From Candidatus Latescibacterota bacterium (lineage in GTDB: Bacteria; Latescibacterota; UBA2968), in contig OZ220741.1 of NCBI GenBank assembly GCA_965116885.1, positions 4,320,001 through 4,384,000 on the forward strand: DNA of 64,000 nt, written 5' to 3'. The number at the start of each line of letters is the position of its first letter. The stretch's first letter is position 1. The position numbers and the translations under genes were made by a program. The notes under the pieces were generated by a model. It did no database searches. It was not told the origin of the DNA and saw only the letters and a program-made list of their open reading frames with translations. This document shows positions 1-10,545 of the stretch, in pieces.

Positions 1-479
1 TGCCCCACAAAGTCAATCCCATCGACTTTGAAAATGCCGAAGCCAATCTGGGCATCAGCACGGCCCTGCTCGAACACCTATCGACCAAATTACCCGTCTC
101 GCGCCTCCAGCGCGATCTGTCCGACTCCTCAGCCAGTCGCAATATTGGTCCGGCCATCGGGCATGCGTGTCTCGCCCTGAAATCCATCCTGAATGGTATG
201 GGCAAGGTCGCCATCGATAAACAGGCCATTGCCAGTGATCTCGAAAACGCCTGGGAAATCCTCGGCGAAGCCGTGCAAACCGTCATGCGAAAAGCCGGAT
301 ATGAAAACGCCTACGAGCTTATGAAAGACCTCACCCGGGGCACAGACATTACAAAGGATGATCTCAACAACTTTCTCAACTCCCTCGACCTCCCCCAGGC
401 AGACCTCAAAAATCTGAAAAAACTAACGCCTGAATCCTATATAGGGCTTGCCCCACAGCTTGTGGATGATATCTTGTAA
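1..479 (+). CDS. purB: Adenylosuccinate lyase, C-terminal part (gene starts upstream of the window)
   Basis: The frame from nt 3 reads PHKVNPIDFENAEANLG (fumarate-lyase SSxMPHKVNP signature) then SRLQRDLSDS, and runs into ORF 198..479 ending LTPESYIGLA. Confidence 0.95.
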   Translation, partial: PHKVNPIDFENAEANLGISTALLEHLSTKLPVSRLQRDLSDSSASRNIGPAIGHACLALKSILNGMGKVAIDKQAIASDLENAWEILGEAVQTVMRKAGYENAYELMKDLTRGTDITKDDLNNFLNSLDLPQADLKNLKKLTPESYIGLAPQLVDDIL

Positions 480-485
480 AGACGA

Positions 486-504
486 GGGGCTAGAGACAAG
501 CCCC
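486..504. repeat. Short GC hairpin, REP-like element
   Basis: GGGGCT-AGAGACA-AGCCCC inverted repeat between purB and rmlC. Confidence 0.4.
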
Positions 505-539
505 AGTGTTCATCGCAGTCATCCTCTCATCCTGATCCT

Positions 540-1094
540 ATGCCCTTTGAATTTAAAAACCTCGATATACCCGACGTCATCCTCGTTCGCGCAAAGCGAT
601 TTCCCGACGATCGCGGTTTTTTTGTCGAAACGTACAAACGAGACGATTTCGAAGCCAATGGCATTTTAGAAACGTTCGTTCAGGATAATCACTCTCGCTC
701 TACCCGCGGCGTGCTGCGCGGATTGCACTATCAAAAAGCCCCTCGCGCACAGGGCAAACTCATCCAGGTGCTCAAGGGCGAAATATACGATGTTGCCGTC
801 GATATTCGTCTGGGGTCTCCCACCTATGGTCGATGGACCGGCATTCATCTTTCCGAAGCGCGACCCGAACTCCTGTATGTCCCTCCCGGCTTTGCACACG
901 GATTCTGCGTTCTCAGCGAGGTGGCGGACTTCACATACAAATGCACAGATATTTACGCACCAGAGACCTATCGCGGTATTTCCTGGGATGACCCCGACTT
1001 AAACATCTCCTGGCCGATAAAAAATCCAATCCTTTCCAAGCGCGATCAAAATCTCCCCCCGCTCAAAGAAGCAGACAACAATTTCATTTACTGA
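540..1094 (+). CDS. rmlC: dTDP-4-dehydrorhamnose 3,5-epimerase
   Basis: DDRGFFVE, FVQDNHSRS, GVLRGLHYQ, YDVAVDIR and GFAHGF motifs. Confidence 0.95.
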   Translation: MPFEFKNLDIPDVILVRAKRFPDDRGFFVETYKRDDFEANGILETFVQDNHSRSTRGVLRGLHYQKAPRAQGKLIQVLKGEIYDVAVDIRLGSPTYGRWTGIHLSEARPELLYVPPGFAHGFCVLSEVADFTYKCTDIYAPETYRGISWDDPDLNISWPIKNPILSKRDQNLPPLKEADNNFIY

Positions 1095-1101
1095 GGACTC
1101 C

Positions 1102-4100
1102 ATGAGCCTGAAGCATTTCTTCCGCACATCCCCCACACAGCAACACACCCTGCTTCAATTGTCACAGCAACACGTCTCTGCACACATTCAAAATATTGAA
1201 ACCGAATACTGTTTCAACGTACAAACGGACAGTCCGCTTTCCGACGACCAGCAAAATCGGCTCACCTATCTTCTATCCGAAACCTTTGAAGCAGATCGGT
1301 TTGCAGAGCAGTCATTCCTTCAGGGGCCTGGCACGATCCTCGAAGTAGGGCCACGCATGAATTTTTCCACAGCATGGTCCACAAATGCCACGGCAATATG
1401 CCACGCCTGCGGTCTTACGCAAATTTCGCGCATTGAACGGTCGCGGCGTTACCTCATTGAGCCAGCCTTGAGCCTGGATCAACAGAATATCTTTTTGTCC
1501 CTCGTACACGACCGCATGACCGAATGCCTGTATCCCCACTCCCTCACCTCCTTTGACTCCGACGCAAAACCAGAACCCGTATCCGAGATTCCTCTCATAG
1601 AAGGAGGCCGCCGCGCCCTTGAAAAAATCAATCGCACCATGGGCCTGGCATTCGACGAATGGGACCTCAATTATTACACAGATCTCTTCCTCGATCAGAT
1701 CGGCCGCAACCCCACCAACGTCGAATGCTTTGACATTGCCCAATCCAACAGCGAACATTGCAGGCACTGGTTTTTCAAAGGCCGCCTTATCATCGACGGT
1801 GAAGAGATGCCCGACCACCTCATCGCCATGATCCAATCGACACTCAAAGCCAATCCCAACAACAGCACTATCGCCTTCAAAGACAATTCCAGTGCCATCC
1901 GAGGGTATCCGATACGCACCATTGTGCCCACCACTATCGGTAGTCCCTCTCCATTTGCATTCTCAGACCGCACCTGCGACATCATCTTCACCGCGGAAAC
2001 GCACAACTTTCCATCGGGTGTTGCTCCTTTTCCCGGCGCAGAAACAGGCACGGGCGGTCGCATCCGAGACGTGCAGGCCACGGGGCGCGGCGCGCTCGTC
2101 ATAGCGGGTACAGCGGCGTATTGCGTAGGCAATTTGTATATTCCCGGATACGACCTGCCCTGGGAAAATCCCAAATTTCAATATCCCGATAACCTCGCCA
2201 CACCCTTGCAAATCGCAATTGAAGCCAGTAATGGAGCTTCGGATTACGGCAACAAATTCGGTGAACCCCTCATACAGGGCTACACGCGATCCTATGGCCT
2301 GCGTCTGTCCAATGGAGAACGCAGAGAATGGATCAAACCCATTATGTTCAGCGGCGGGATCGGTCAAATGGACGCGCGTCATACAAATAAGGAGAAGCCC
2401 GAACCCCAAATGCTCGTTACCAAAATCGGCGGGCCAGCCTATCGCATTGGCATGGGGGGTGGTGCTGCTTCGAGCATGGTACAGGGCGAAAACGAAGCCG
2501 AACTCGACTTCAATGCCGTGCAGCGCGGCGACGCAGAAATGGAACAAAAACTCAATCGCGTGATCCGCGCCTGTGTTGAACTCGGCGATCAAAACCCCAT
2601 TGTCAGCATCCACGATCAGGGCGCGGGTGGCAACTGCAATGTCCTGAAAGAGATTGTTGAGCCTGCGGGTGCCCGCATCGATATTCGCGCCGTGCCCGTT
2701 GGAGATGAAACCCTATCTGTGCTCGAAATCTGGGGTGCCGAATATCAGGAAAATAATGCCCTGCTCATCCGTCCCGAGCACGCCCATCTCTTCGACGCCC
2801 TCTGCAAACGCGAAAAAGTCATTTACGCTTTTGTCGGCGAAGTAACCGGCGACGGGCGGGTGGTAGTCTTCGATAGCACAGACAACACCACGCCCGTTGA
2901 TCTCGACCTGGAAAAGGTCCTTGGCGATATGCCGCAAAAGCCCTTCAAACTCGACCGCTTTCCCACCCGCACAGAACCGCTCACCCTCCCCGAGAATCTG
3001 ACCGTTGAAAAAGCGCTCAACCGCGTGCTTCGCCTCGTCTCCGTAGGTTCCAAACGGTTTCTCACCAACAAAGTTGACCGCTGTGTAACCGGGCTTGTCG
3101 CACAACAGCAATGCGTGGGACCACTCCAGCTAACCGCAGCAGACGTCGCTGTCATTGCACAAAGTCATTTTGGCACGACTGGTGCCGCCACCGCCATTGG
3201 CGAACAACCCATCAAGGGGCTTATCGATCCCGCGGCGATGGGACGCCTGTGCGTGGGCGAAATGCTCACCAATATCGCCTGGGCACGCCTGAGCGCCATC
3301 GAAGACATCAAATGCTCTGGCAACTGGATGTGGGCGGCCAAATTGCCCGGAGAAGGCGCGGCACTTTACGATGCGGCCCTCGCCCTCACAGATATTCTGC
3401 TCGAATTGGACATTGCTATAGATGGCGGCAAAGACAGCCTCTCAATGGCTGCGATCGCACCGGGAGAGGATGGCGACGAAACGGTCAAAACACCCGGCAC
3501 ACTCGTCATATCGGGCTATGTCACCAGTCCCGACATTACGCAGACCGTCACACCCGACTTAAAACATCCTGACGAAGGCATCATACTTTACGTCGATCTC
3601 GGCGCAGACAAACATCGCCTCGGCGGGTCTTCTCTCGCCCATGTGTACGAGCAACTCGGCAACGAGTCACCAGATGTCGATGATCCCGCCCTGCTCAAAC
3701 GCGCGATTGAAGCACTCCAATCCTGCATCGCAAAAAATTACATTGCCTCGGGACACGACCGCAGTGATGGCGGCCTCATCACCGCGCTTTTGGAAATGGC
3801 TTTTGCTGGCAACTGCGGTATTCAGATTGACCTTCAAACCCGCGCCCATGCGATTCCCGCGCTCTTTTCCGAAGAACTCGGCCTCGTCTTTGAAGTGCAT
3901 CCCAAAAATCTGATGATCGTGCGAGAAATTTTTGGAAAAGTACCTATCCAAACCATTGGAAAAGTAACCTCCAGTCCCGACATCCAAATTTCTGTCAACA
4001 AGCAGTGCGTTCTCAAAAGACCCATGCCCGAATTGCGAGACTTATGGGAAGCTACGAGTTTCCAACTCGAACGCCGACAAACCAATCCATCCTGCGTCTC

Positions 4101-5001
4101 GCAAGAAGAGGCTACCCTGCACGCGCGTACAGGTCCCAACTTTACCGTACCCTTCGCGCCAATGCCCACGCCCCCCGCCATTCTCAATGCCAGTCGCAAG
4201 CCCGCGGTCGCCATCGTGCGCGAAGAGGGCAGCAATGGAGATCGCGAAATGACCTCTGCATTTTTCGCAGCGGGCTTTGAACCCTGGGATGTGACCACCA
4301 GCGATCTCTTATCTGGTACCATCGCACTTGACCAGCGATTCAGAGGCGTTGTATTTGTCGGTGGATTCAGCTATGCCGATGTGCTCGACTCGGCCAAAGG
4401 CTGGGCTGGCGTGATTCGCTTCAACGATGGCCTTCGCGCCCAGTTCGATGCCTTCTACAACCGTCCGGATACTTTCAGCCTCGGCGTGTGCAATGGCTGC
4501 CAACTCATGGCCTTGCTCGGCTGGGTTCCGTTCCCCGGCCTTGCCAATGCGGCACAACCCCGATTTATTCGAAACGAATCCGCACGTTTTGAATCCCGCT
4601 TTTCCACCGTGCAAATTCAGGACAGTCCAGCGATTATGTTCAAAAACATGACCGGCGCATCCCTCGGCGTGTGGGTCGCGCACGGCGAAGGCCGCGCATT
4701 TTTTCCCCGCGCAGACGTACTCGACCGCGTTATAGATGAAAACCTCTCTCCCGTACGCTATGTAGATGACAACAATACCGCAACCAAAGCCTATCCCTTT
4801 AACCCAAATGGTTCCCCGCACGGCATTGCCGGTCTTTGCTCTCCCGATGGTCGCCACCTCGCCATGATGCCCCACCCCGAACGCACCTTTCTCAAGTGGC
4901 AATGGGGCTACATGCCAAACCACTGGAAACGCGATCTTCAAGCCTCTCCGTGGCTTCAAATATTCCAGAACGCCCGCGAGTGGTGTGAGGGTAAAACGTA
5001 A
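1102..5001 (+). CDS. purL: Phosphoribosylformylglycinamidine synthase, large single-chain form with fused glutaminase
   Basis: 1299 aa; QSNSEHCRHWFF, ETHNFP, GAETGTGGRIRD, GGKDSLSM; glutaminase LGVCNGCQ and MMPHPER; SD GAGGA upstream. Confidence 0.97.
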   Translation: MSLKHFFRTSPTQQHTLLQLSQQHVSAHIQNIETEYCFNVQTDSPLSDDQQNRLTYLLSETFEADRFAEQSFLQGPGTILEVGPRMNFSTAWSTNATAICHACGLTQISRIERSRRYLIEPALSLDQQNIFLSLVHDRMTECLYPHSLTSFDSDAKPEPVSEIPLIEGGRRALEKINRTMGLAFDEWDLNYYTDLFLDQIGRNPTNVECFDIAQSNSEHCRHWFFKGRLIIDGEEMPDHLIAMIQSTLKANPNNSTIAFKDNSSAIRGYPIRTIVPTTIGSPSPFAFSDRTCDIIFTAETHNFPSGVAPFPGAETGTGGRIRDVQATGRGALVIAGTAAYCVGNLYIPGYDLPWENPKFQYPDNLATPLQIAIEASNGASDYGNKFGEPLIQGYTRSYGLRLSNGERREWIKPIMFSGGIGQMDARHTNKEKPEPQMLVTKIGGPAYRIGMGGGAASSMVQGENEAELDFNAVQRGDAEMEQKLNRVIRACVELGDQNPIVSIHDQGAGGNCNVLKEIVEPAGARIDIRAVPVGDETLSVLEIWGAEYQENNALLIRPEHAHLFDALCKREKVIYAFVGEVTGDGRVVVFDSTDNTTPVDLDLEKVLGDMPQKPFKLDRFPTRTEPLTLPENLTVEKALNRVLRLVSVGSKRFLTNKVDRCVTGLVAQQQCVGPLQLTAADVAVIAQSHFGTTGAATAIGEQPIKGLIDPAAMGRLCVGEMLTNIAWARLSAIEDIKCSGNWMWAAKLPGEGAALYDAALALTDILLELDIAIDGGKDSLSMAAIAPGEDGDETVKTPGTLVISGYVTSPDITQTVTPDLKHPDEGIILYVDLGADKHRLGGSSLAHVYEQLGNESPDVDDPALLKRAIEALQSCIAKNYIASGHDRSDGGLITALLEMAFAGNCGIQIDLQTRAHAIPALFSEELGLVFEVHPKNLMIVREIFGKVPIQTIGKVTSSPDIQISVNKQCVLKRPMPELRDLWEATSFQLERRQTNPSCVSQEEATLHARTGPNFTVPFAPMPTPPAILNASRKPAVAIVREEGSNGDREMTSAFFAAGFEPWDVTTSDLLSGTIALDQRFRGVVFVGGFSYADVLDSAKGWAGVIRFNDGLRAQFDAFYNRPDTFSLGVCNGCQLMALLGWVPFPGLANAAQPRFIRNESARFESRFSTVQIQDSPAIMFKNMTGASLGVWVAHGEGRAFFPRADVLDRVIDENLSPVRYVDDNNTATKAYPFNPNGSPHGIAGLCSPDGRHLAMMPHPERTFLKWQWGYMPNHWKRDLQASPWLQIFQNAREWCEGKT

Positions 5002-5088
5002 ATGGCAGTATGGGTCGCATCAATATAAACTGGTGTGATACACAGGGTCCGGTGCTCATCTAATTTCTCTTCGCTGCAGGAGGTTTTC

Positions 5089-6768
5089 ATGCAGACCAAC
5101 TACGACGTCAACATGCAATTAGACGTAAAAGTGCCCATGCGAGACGGCATCAATCTCTCCGCCGATATCTACCTGCCTCGAGCGCGCGGTAAATTCCCCA
5201 CCGTGCTCATGCGGACGCCTTATGACAACAACGCCGACAACATGGTGGAAAAAGCCCGGCGGCTTGCCAACAACGGCTATGCCTGTATTATTCAGGACTG
5301 TCGCGGACGGTGGGACTCAGAAGGGGAATATTACGCCTTTCGGGAAGGCGAAGACGGATACGATACTCAGGAATGGATCGGCAAACAAAAATGGTGCGAT
5401 GGCAAAATCGGAATGGCCGGCAGTTCCTATGGCGGCACAGTCCAGTGGCGCAGCGCACCGTATCGCAGCCAGTATCTCAAATGCATCACACCCCGGGTTA
5501 TATGCACGGACTATTACTCCGGACTCGTCCACCCCGGCGGTGCTTTCCAGCTCAATGTCATGATGACCTGGGGCATGCGCACCAACGCCCGCACCGCGCA
5601 GACCATTGAATTTCACAACTGGACCGAAGCCTTTCGCGCATTGCCCCTCATCGAAATGGACGAACAGGCGGGCCGCAACCTGAATTTCTGGAAAGATTGG
5701 GTAGAACACGCCGCTTACGACGACTATTGGGAGCAATTCAACGACGAAACCAAATGGGGTGAAATCGCCGTCCCCGCGTTCAACATGGGCGGCTGGTACG
5801 ATCTTTACGCGGCACAGACCTTTACCAACTTCAACGGTCTGCGCCTGCACGGTCGCACCGAAGAAGCCAAAAAGAGCAAACTCATCGTCGGCCCCTGGCC
5901 ACATTCCCTCAGCCTATCACCCAAAACCGGTGACATTGACTTCGGCGCACCGTCAATGGTCGATCTGGAAAGCCTTGAACAGCGCTGGTTCGACCACTGG
6001 CTCAAAGGTATTGACAATGGCATCGCAGATGAACCGCCTTTGCGCCTCTTCATCATGGGCATCAACCAGTGGCGCGATGAACATGAATGGCCGCTTGCGA
6101 GAACCCGATGGCAAAAATGGCACCTGCACTCGGGCGGCAGTGCCAATACGCTACTCGGCAACGGCACGCTCTCCACAGCATCACCGGAGAACGAATCGCC
6201 TGATCGCTACACTTACGACCCTCACTACCCCGTCCCGACAATGGGTGGCAACAACTGTTGCTCACCCCACATCGTGCCGTGGGGGCCCTATGACCAGCGT
6301 CCCGTAGAGATGCGTAGCGACGTACTCTGTTACACCAGCGCGCCCCTTAAAACAGCCCTGGAAGTCACGGGTCCCATCAAAGCCGTCATCTACGCCGCTA
6401 CCGACTGCACAGACACGGACTGGACCGCCAAACTCGTCGATGTATCGCCCACCGGGTATGCCATGAACCTCTGTGACGGCATTTTGCGTGCGCGTTTTCG
6501 GGAAAGCCTCACCAACCCCACCTTGCTCAAACCCGACAGCGTCTATGCCTATGAAATTGACCTCGGCGTAACCGGCAACGTCTTCAAAAAGGGCCACCGC
6601 ATCCGCCTCGAAATATCTTCTTCCAATTTTCCCCGGTTCGACCGCAACCTCAATACCGGTGGTTCGCTGGGTCGTGAGACCGAGATGCGCCAGGCGCATC
6701 AGGCCGTCTATCACTCAAAAGCATACCCATCCCACATCACGCTACCCGTCATTCCCTGCGGAGAGTAA
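5089..6768 (+). CDS. CocE/NonD family (X-Pro dipeptidyl-peptidase S15-like) hydrolase
   Basis: VPMRDGINLSADIYLP, RTPY, GSSYGG nucleophile elbow, GPWPH, SSSNFPRFDRN; start set at ATG 5089 after AGGAGG. Confidence 0.92.
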   Translation: MQTNYDVNMQLDVKVPMRDGINLSADIYLPRARGKFPTVLMRTPYDNNADNMVEKARRLANNGYACIIQDCRGRWDSEGEYYAFREGEDGYDTQEWIGKQKWCDGKIGMAGSSYGGTVQWRSAPYRSQYLKCITPRVICTDYYSGLVHPGGAFQLNVMMTWGMRTNARTAQTIEFHNWTEAFRALPLIEMDEQAGRNLNFWKDWVEHAAYDDYWEQFNDETKWGEIAVPAFNMGGWYDLYAAQTFTNFNGLRLHGRTEEAKKSKLIVGPWPHSLSLSPKTGDIDFGAPSMVDLESLEQRWFDHWLKGIDNGIADEPPLRLFIMGINQWRDEHEWPLARTRWQKWHLHSGGSANTLLGNGTLSTASPENESPDRYTYDPHYPVPTMGGNNCCSPHIVPWGPYDQRPVEMRSDVLCYTSAPLKTALEVTGPIKAVIYAATDCTDTDWTAKLVDVSPTGYAMNLCDGILRARFRESLTNPTLLKPDSVYAYEIDLGVTGNVFKKGHRIRLEISSSNFPRFDRNLNTGGSLGRETEMRQAHQAVYHSKAYPSHITLPVIPCGE

Positions 6769-6769
6769 T

Positions 6770-8209
6770 ATGCCAGACTCTCGACCAAATATCCTGCTCA
6801 TCATGACCGACCAGCAACGCGGCGACTGCATAGGTCTCGACCCGTGTAGTCCACCGTGTCTGCAAACACCCAACCTGGACTGGATTGCCCGCACGGGCAC
6901 GCACTTTCACCGCGGATACTCCGAATGCCCCAGTTGTATCCCCGCTCGCCGCTGCCTGATGACCGGCACAGCACCTGCAGCAAATGGCGCTGTCGGATTC
7001 AAAAGTGCCCAGTGGCATCCACCTCACACCCTCGCTGGCGAATTGTCCAGGGCGGGATATCAAACAGAAATGATCGGCAAACTCCACCTATCCCCCGCCC
7101 GCAAGCGCTATGGCTTCGACCACATGCAACTGGCCGACGCCACCCGGGGCAGCCACAACGACTATGTCGAATGGCTACAGCAATACCACAAACGCAACGA
7201 AGTGCATCCCGGCATGGCCCACGGTATTTCCTCCAATGGATGGATCGGTCGCCCACACCACTTGCCCGAAGAACAGATGCACACCTTCTGGTGTATCGAC
7301 AGAGCAATGGACTTTCTCCAAAAACGCGATCCCACGGTTCCGTTTTTTCTCAACATATCCCTTATAGACCCCCATCCCCCGCTTACCCCCCCGGCTCTCT
7401 ATTACGACCGCTATATCCAACGGCGTTTGCCCGATCCCATCATAGGAGACTGGGCATCCGAATTTGACGGTCCTCAAAAAGGTCTCGACCCCAACGCCTG
7501 GCAAATTTGCCTTGACGAACACGACATGCGCTGTTCTCGTGCGGCTTATTACGGCATGATCAACTTTATAGACGACCAGATCGGCCGCCTCATTCAATAT
7601 GCCGGTGGTCTCAACAACTGCCTGACCATCTTCACATCCGACCACGGCGAAATGCTGGGTGACCACAATCTCTTTCGCAAAACCTGGCCATACGAAGCGT
7701 CTGCCCGAATTCCATTTCTCATGCGCGCGCCTAAAAACTGGGGGTACCCCGAAGAAATCACTTGCAAAAGCCCCGTCGGCATCCAGGACATTATGCCCAC
7801 TATCCTCGATGCGGCCGACATCGATATCCCCGAGACCTGCACGGGCAAAAGCCTCCTGCCCGTCATGCAAGGCGACACTGATCGCGTGCGGGAATTTCTA
7901 CATGGAGAACACGCTGGCTGTTATAACTACAACCACGGCAACCACTATGTCACAGATGGACACCACAAATACATCTGGTATTCTCAAACGGGTGAAGAAC
8001 ACCTTTTCAACCTGGACGAAGATCCCCATGAAATGCGCGACATTACGCGCAATCCCAACTCTGAAATACAACCCTGGCGAAATCGCCTCATCGAATTCCT
8101 CAAAGACCGTCCAGAAGGTTTTACCGATGGCACGCATTTGATCCCCGGCCAGCCCCACGAAGAACTCCTGCCAGGCTATGACCCCGAAGCGACCTACCCG
8201 TATTTGTGA
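6770..8209 (+). CDS. Sulfatase (arylsulfatase/choline-sulfatase-like, formylglycine type)
   Basis: RPNILLIMTDQQR, CIPAR (CxPxR), GKLH, FTSDHGEMLGDH; ATG 1 nt after the CocE stop. Confidence 0.93.
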   Translation: MPDSRPNILLIMTDQQRGDCIGLDPCSPPCLQTPNLDWIARTGTHFHRGYSECPSCIPARRCLMTGTAPAANGAVGFKSAQWHPPHTLAGELSRAGYQTEMIGKLHLSPARKRYGFDHMQLADATRGSHNDYVEWLQQYHKRNEVHPGMAHGISSNGWIGRPHHLPEEQMHTFWCIDRAMDFLQKRDPTVPFFLNISLIDPHPPLTPPALYYDRYIQRRLPDPIIGDWASEFDGPQKGLDPNAWQICLDEHDMRCSRAAYYGMINFIDDQIGRLIQYAGGLNNCLTIFTSDHGEMLGDHNLFRKTWPYEASARIPFLMRAPKNWGYPEEITCKSPVGIQDIMPTILDAADIDIPETCTGKSLLPVMQGDTDRVREFLHGEHAGCYNYNHGNHYVTDGHHKYIWYSQTGEEHLFNLDEDPHEMRDITRNPNSEIQPWRNRLIEFLKDRPEGFTDGTHLIPGQPHEELLPGYDPEATYPYL

Positions 8210-8231
8210 GGAATTACCGACCTTTCATCTC

Positions 8232-8261
8232 AACCGCCCGACACAACGGGCGGTTTTTTTT
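8232..8261 (+). terminator. Rho-independent terminator
   Basis: AACCGCCCG-acacaa-CGGGCGGTT followed by a T-run. Confidence 0.9.
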
Positions 8262-8339
8262 ATATCTTTTGAAGCAACTTCTGTGCATCTTAACGGTTAA
8301 AATAAGAGTAATCCATTCCCTCACTCGAGGAGACGCCAA

Positions 8340-10433
8340 ATGATATTGCGAATGCTATTAATTCTCATATTTGTCACACCAACAGATATAGTATCGGCAA
8401 ATATCGATTCTTTACTCATTGCAGCCTCAGATACGACGCGTGCGTTTGATGAACGCGAGTCGCTGTTAAAAGAGGCTACAAAAAGCGACCCAGCGGGACG
8501 CGCGGCCCACGCGCTGGGTGAATTGTATATGTTGCAGGGAAAAAGTCATGTACACAGTGCCGAACGGTGGTTGAAAAGAGCGATGCAAAAACAGCCGAAT
8601 AATGGGAATATTTTGACCTCGCTGGCCGAGTATTACTGGCGCATCGGGCGACGAACAACCGCAATCGTATATGCCAAACGGGGGATTGAACGCGATCCCG
8701 ACAATATAGGACCATTGTATTGGGCGGCGCGCTTTGAGATGTGGAATATGACGCGGTATCTCGATGCCGAGCGCAGAATTGTGAATTATGGTTCGGATTT
8801 CAATAGATACAGGAGAACGGTCAGAACATTGAGTTTGGAGAATTACGGCATTGAAGCGCGCGATGCGGCCATTGGATATTTAACGCGTGCAATTGACAAA
8901 GATCCCGACCACTGGCCCTCACACCACTTATTGGGGCTGGTCTATTACGAAGGCCGAATGGCTCGTGAATTGATTCCCCTATTTGAAAATTATGTACAAC
9001 GGCATCCCGGCAATGCCCATGCACATTTTTTTGTCGGATTGGGTTATCAAGCTGAGGATCGATTGCAGGATGCGTATGCAGCCTATACCCGGGGACTTGC
9101 GCGCATGGCAGAAAAAGAGCAACGCTTTATGATGGGCGTGTTTGTGCTCGCCGATCCCGACTCAACTGCGCCAGATTACGCGGCGATTCGCAAATTCTGG
9201 ACGGGTCGCGATCCATTGTACTTGACCGAATACAACGAGCGATTACTCGAACATTGCCGGCGTGTGGCTTATGCCAATTTGCGATTTGGCGACCCCCTCA
9301 AGGGCATTCCCGGCTGGACAACGGATAAAGGCCAGGTTTATATCCGCTATGGTCATCCAGTATCTCTGGTCGCGCGGCCTGCGGAATTTCATACCGGCGT
9401 GGATTTGCCCGGATATATGCAGGAATATCTGGCATGGCGGGCGCGGTGGCAGATGATGTCGCACAATTACGAACACCGGAAGGAATTGTGGCGATACGAA
9501 GGCTTTACCATCATTTTTGAAAATACGGACACGCGCGATCACTGGAATTTCCGCCTGGGCTGGTTGGATTCGGAAATGAATCCCATGGGCTTTAAGATGT
9601 TTGTCGAGCGCAAATCCGACCATTTTCGAGACCCGTACTGGCACGAGCGATACAACGCGCCACATCAGATCGCGCAGTTTCGCGGAGAAGACGACAAAGC
9701 GCGTGTTGAAGTGTATTATGCCCTGGACGCCGATGAGGTCGAAACAAAAGACCTCCGCGCAGGCATAAAAGGCGTCAATTTGCGTCAGGGCCTGTTCCTT
9801 TTTGATGCCCAATGGGATACTTTGCGCCGGGATATAGGTCGGGTGCAACGCATGCCCATCGTGAAGTACGACGCACTTGGCACGGGCTATTTGTTAGCTG
9901 GAGATCGGCTCAATTTGAAAGCCGGGCGTTATTATCTATCGGCAGAAGTTGAGGATCGCGAAAAAAAATCTGTGGGCACATTTCGAGATACGCTCAATGT
10001 ACGGCAATTTTCAAAAGACCAACTGGATGTCAGCGATTTATTGATCGCACGGCGTATCGTTGAGCGCGAAGACCGACCCTTTGGGCGCAGTCGCTTTCTC
10101 GTATTGTCAAATCCCTTGCGACAATATGAACACAATGGTCAAGCCGTGGTGTATTTTGAGGTTTACAACTTACGACGCGATGTGTTTGGCGCAACCCATT
10201 ACAAACTCACCTTTCAAGTGCGGGCACTGAGCGATGCCGGAGATGTAGAACAGGCGGATTGGGTAACGGCCGTGTCTTACGAACAACGCGGCAACCGCGA
10301 CTGGGAACCATTGTTTTTGGCATTGGCACTGGACAAAACCATGCCGGGGCCCAAAGCACTGCGCGTGGTGGTCGAAGATTTGCAAACTTTGGAACGCGCA
10401 ATTTCAACAACGCAGTTTCGCGTGATGTGGTAG
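8340..10433 (+). CDS. Exported TPR-repeat, GWxTD-domain protein
   Basis: N-terminal signal peptide, TPR-like helices, RVAYANLRF...GWTTDKGQVYIRYGHP. Confidence 0.85.
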   Translation: MILRMLLILIFVTPTDIVSANIDSLLIAASDTTRAFDERESLLKEATKSDPAGRAAHALGELYMLQGKSHVHSAERWLKRAMQKQPNNGNILTSLAEYYWRIGRRTTAIVYAKRGIERDPDNIGPLYWAARFEMWNMTRYLDAERRIVNYGSDFNRYRRTVRTLSLENYGIEARDAAIGYLTRAIDKDPDHWPSHHLLGLVYYEGRMARELIPLFENYVQRHPGNAHAHFFVGLGYQAEDRLQDAYAAYTRGLARMAEKEQRFMMGVFVLADPDSTAPDYAAIRKFWTGRDPLYLTEYNERLLEHCRRVAYANLRFGDPLKGIPGWTTDKGQVYIRYGHPVSLVARPAEFHTGVDLPGYMQEYLAWRARWQMMSHNYEHRKELWRYEGFTIIFENTDTRDHWNFRLGWLDSEMNPMGFKMFVERKSDHFRDPYWHERYNAPHQIAQFRGEDDKARVEVYYALDADEVETKDLRAGIKGVNLRQGLFLFDAQWDTLRRDIGRVQRMPIVKYDALGTGYLLAGDRLNLKAGRYYLSAEVEDREKKSVGTFRDTLNVRQFSKDQLDVSDLLIARRIVEREDRPFGRSRFLVLSNPLRQYEHNGQAVVYFEVYNLRRDVFGATHYKLTFQVRALSDAGDVEQADWVTAVSYEQRGNRDWEPLFLALALDKTMPGPKALRVVVEDLQTLERAISTTQFRVMW

Positions 10434-10545
10434 TCCTATAGACTAAATTGTAACCCAATCTTCACCCTCGCTTAATACGATAGAAACAATGATACCTTAT
10501 TTTTAGTGTCATTATTCTGCGTTCCGTTCAGCAAGGAGTTGGGTT

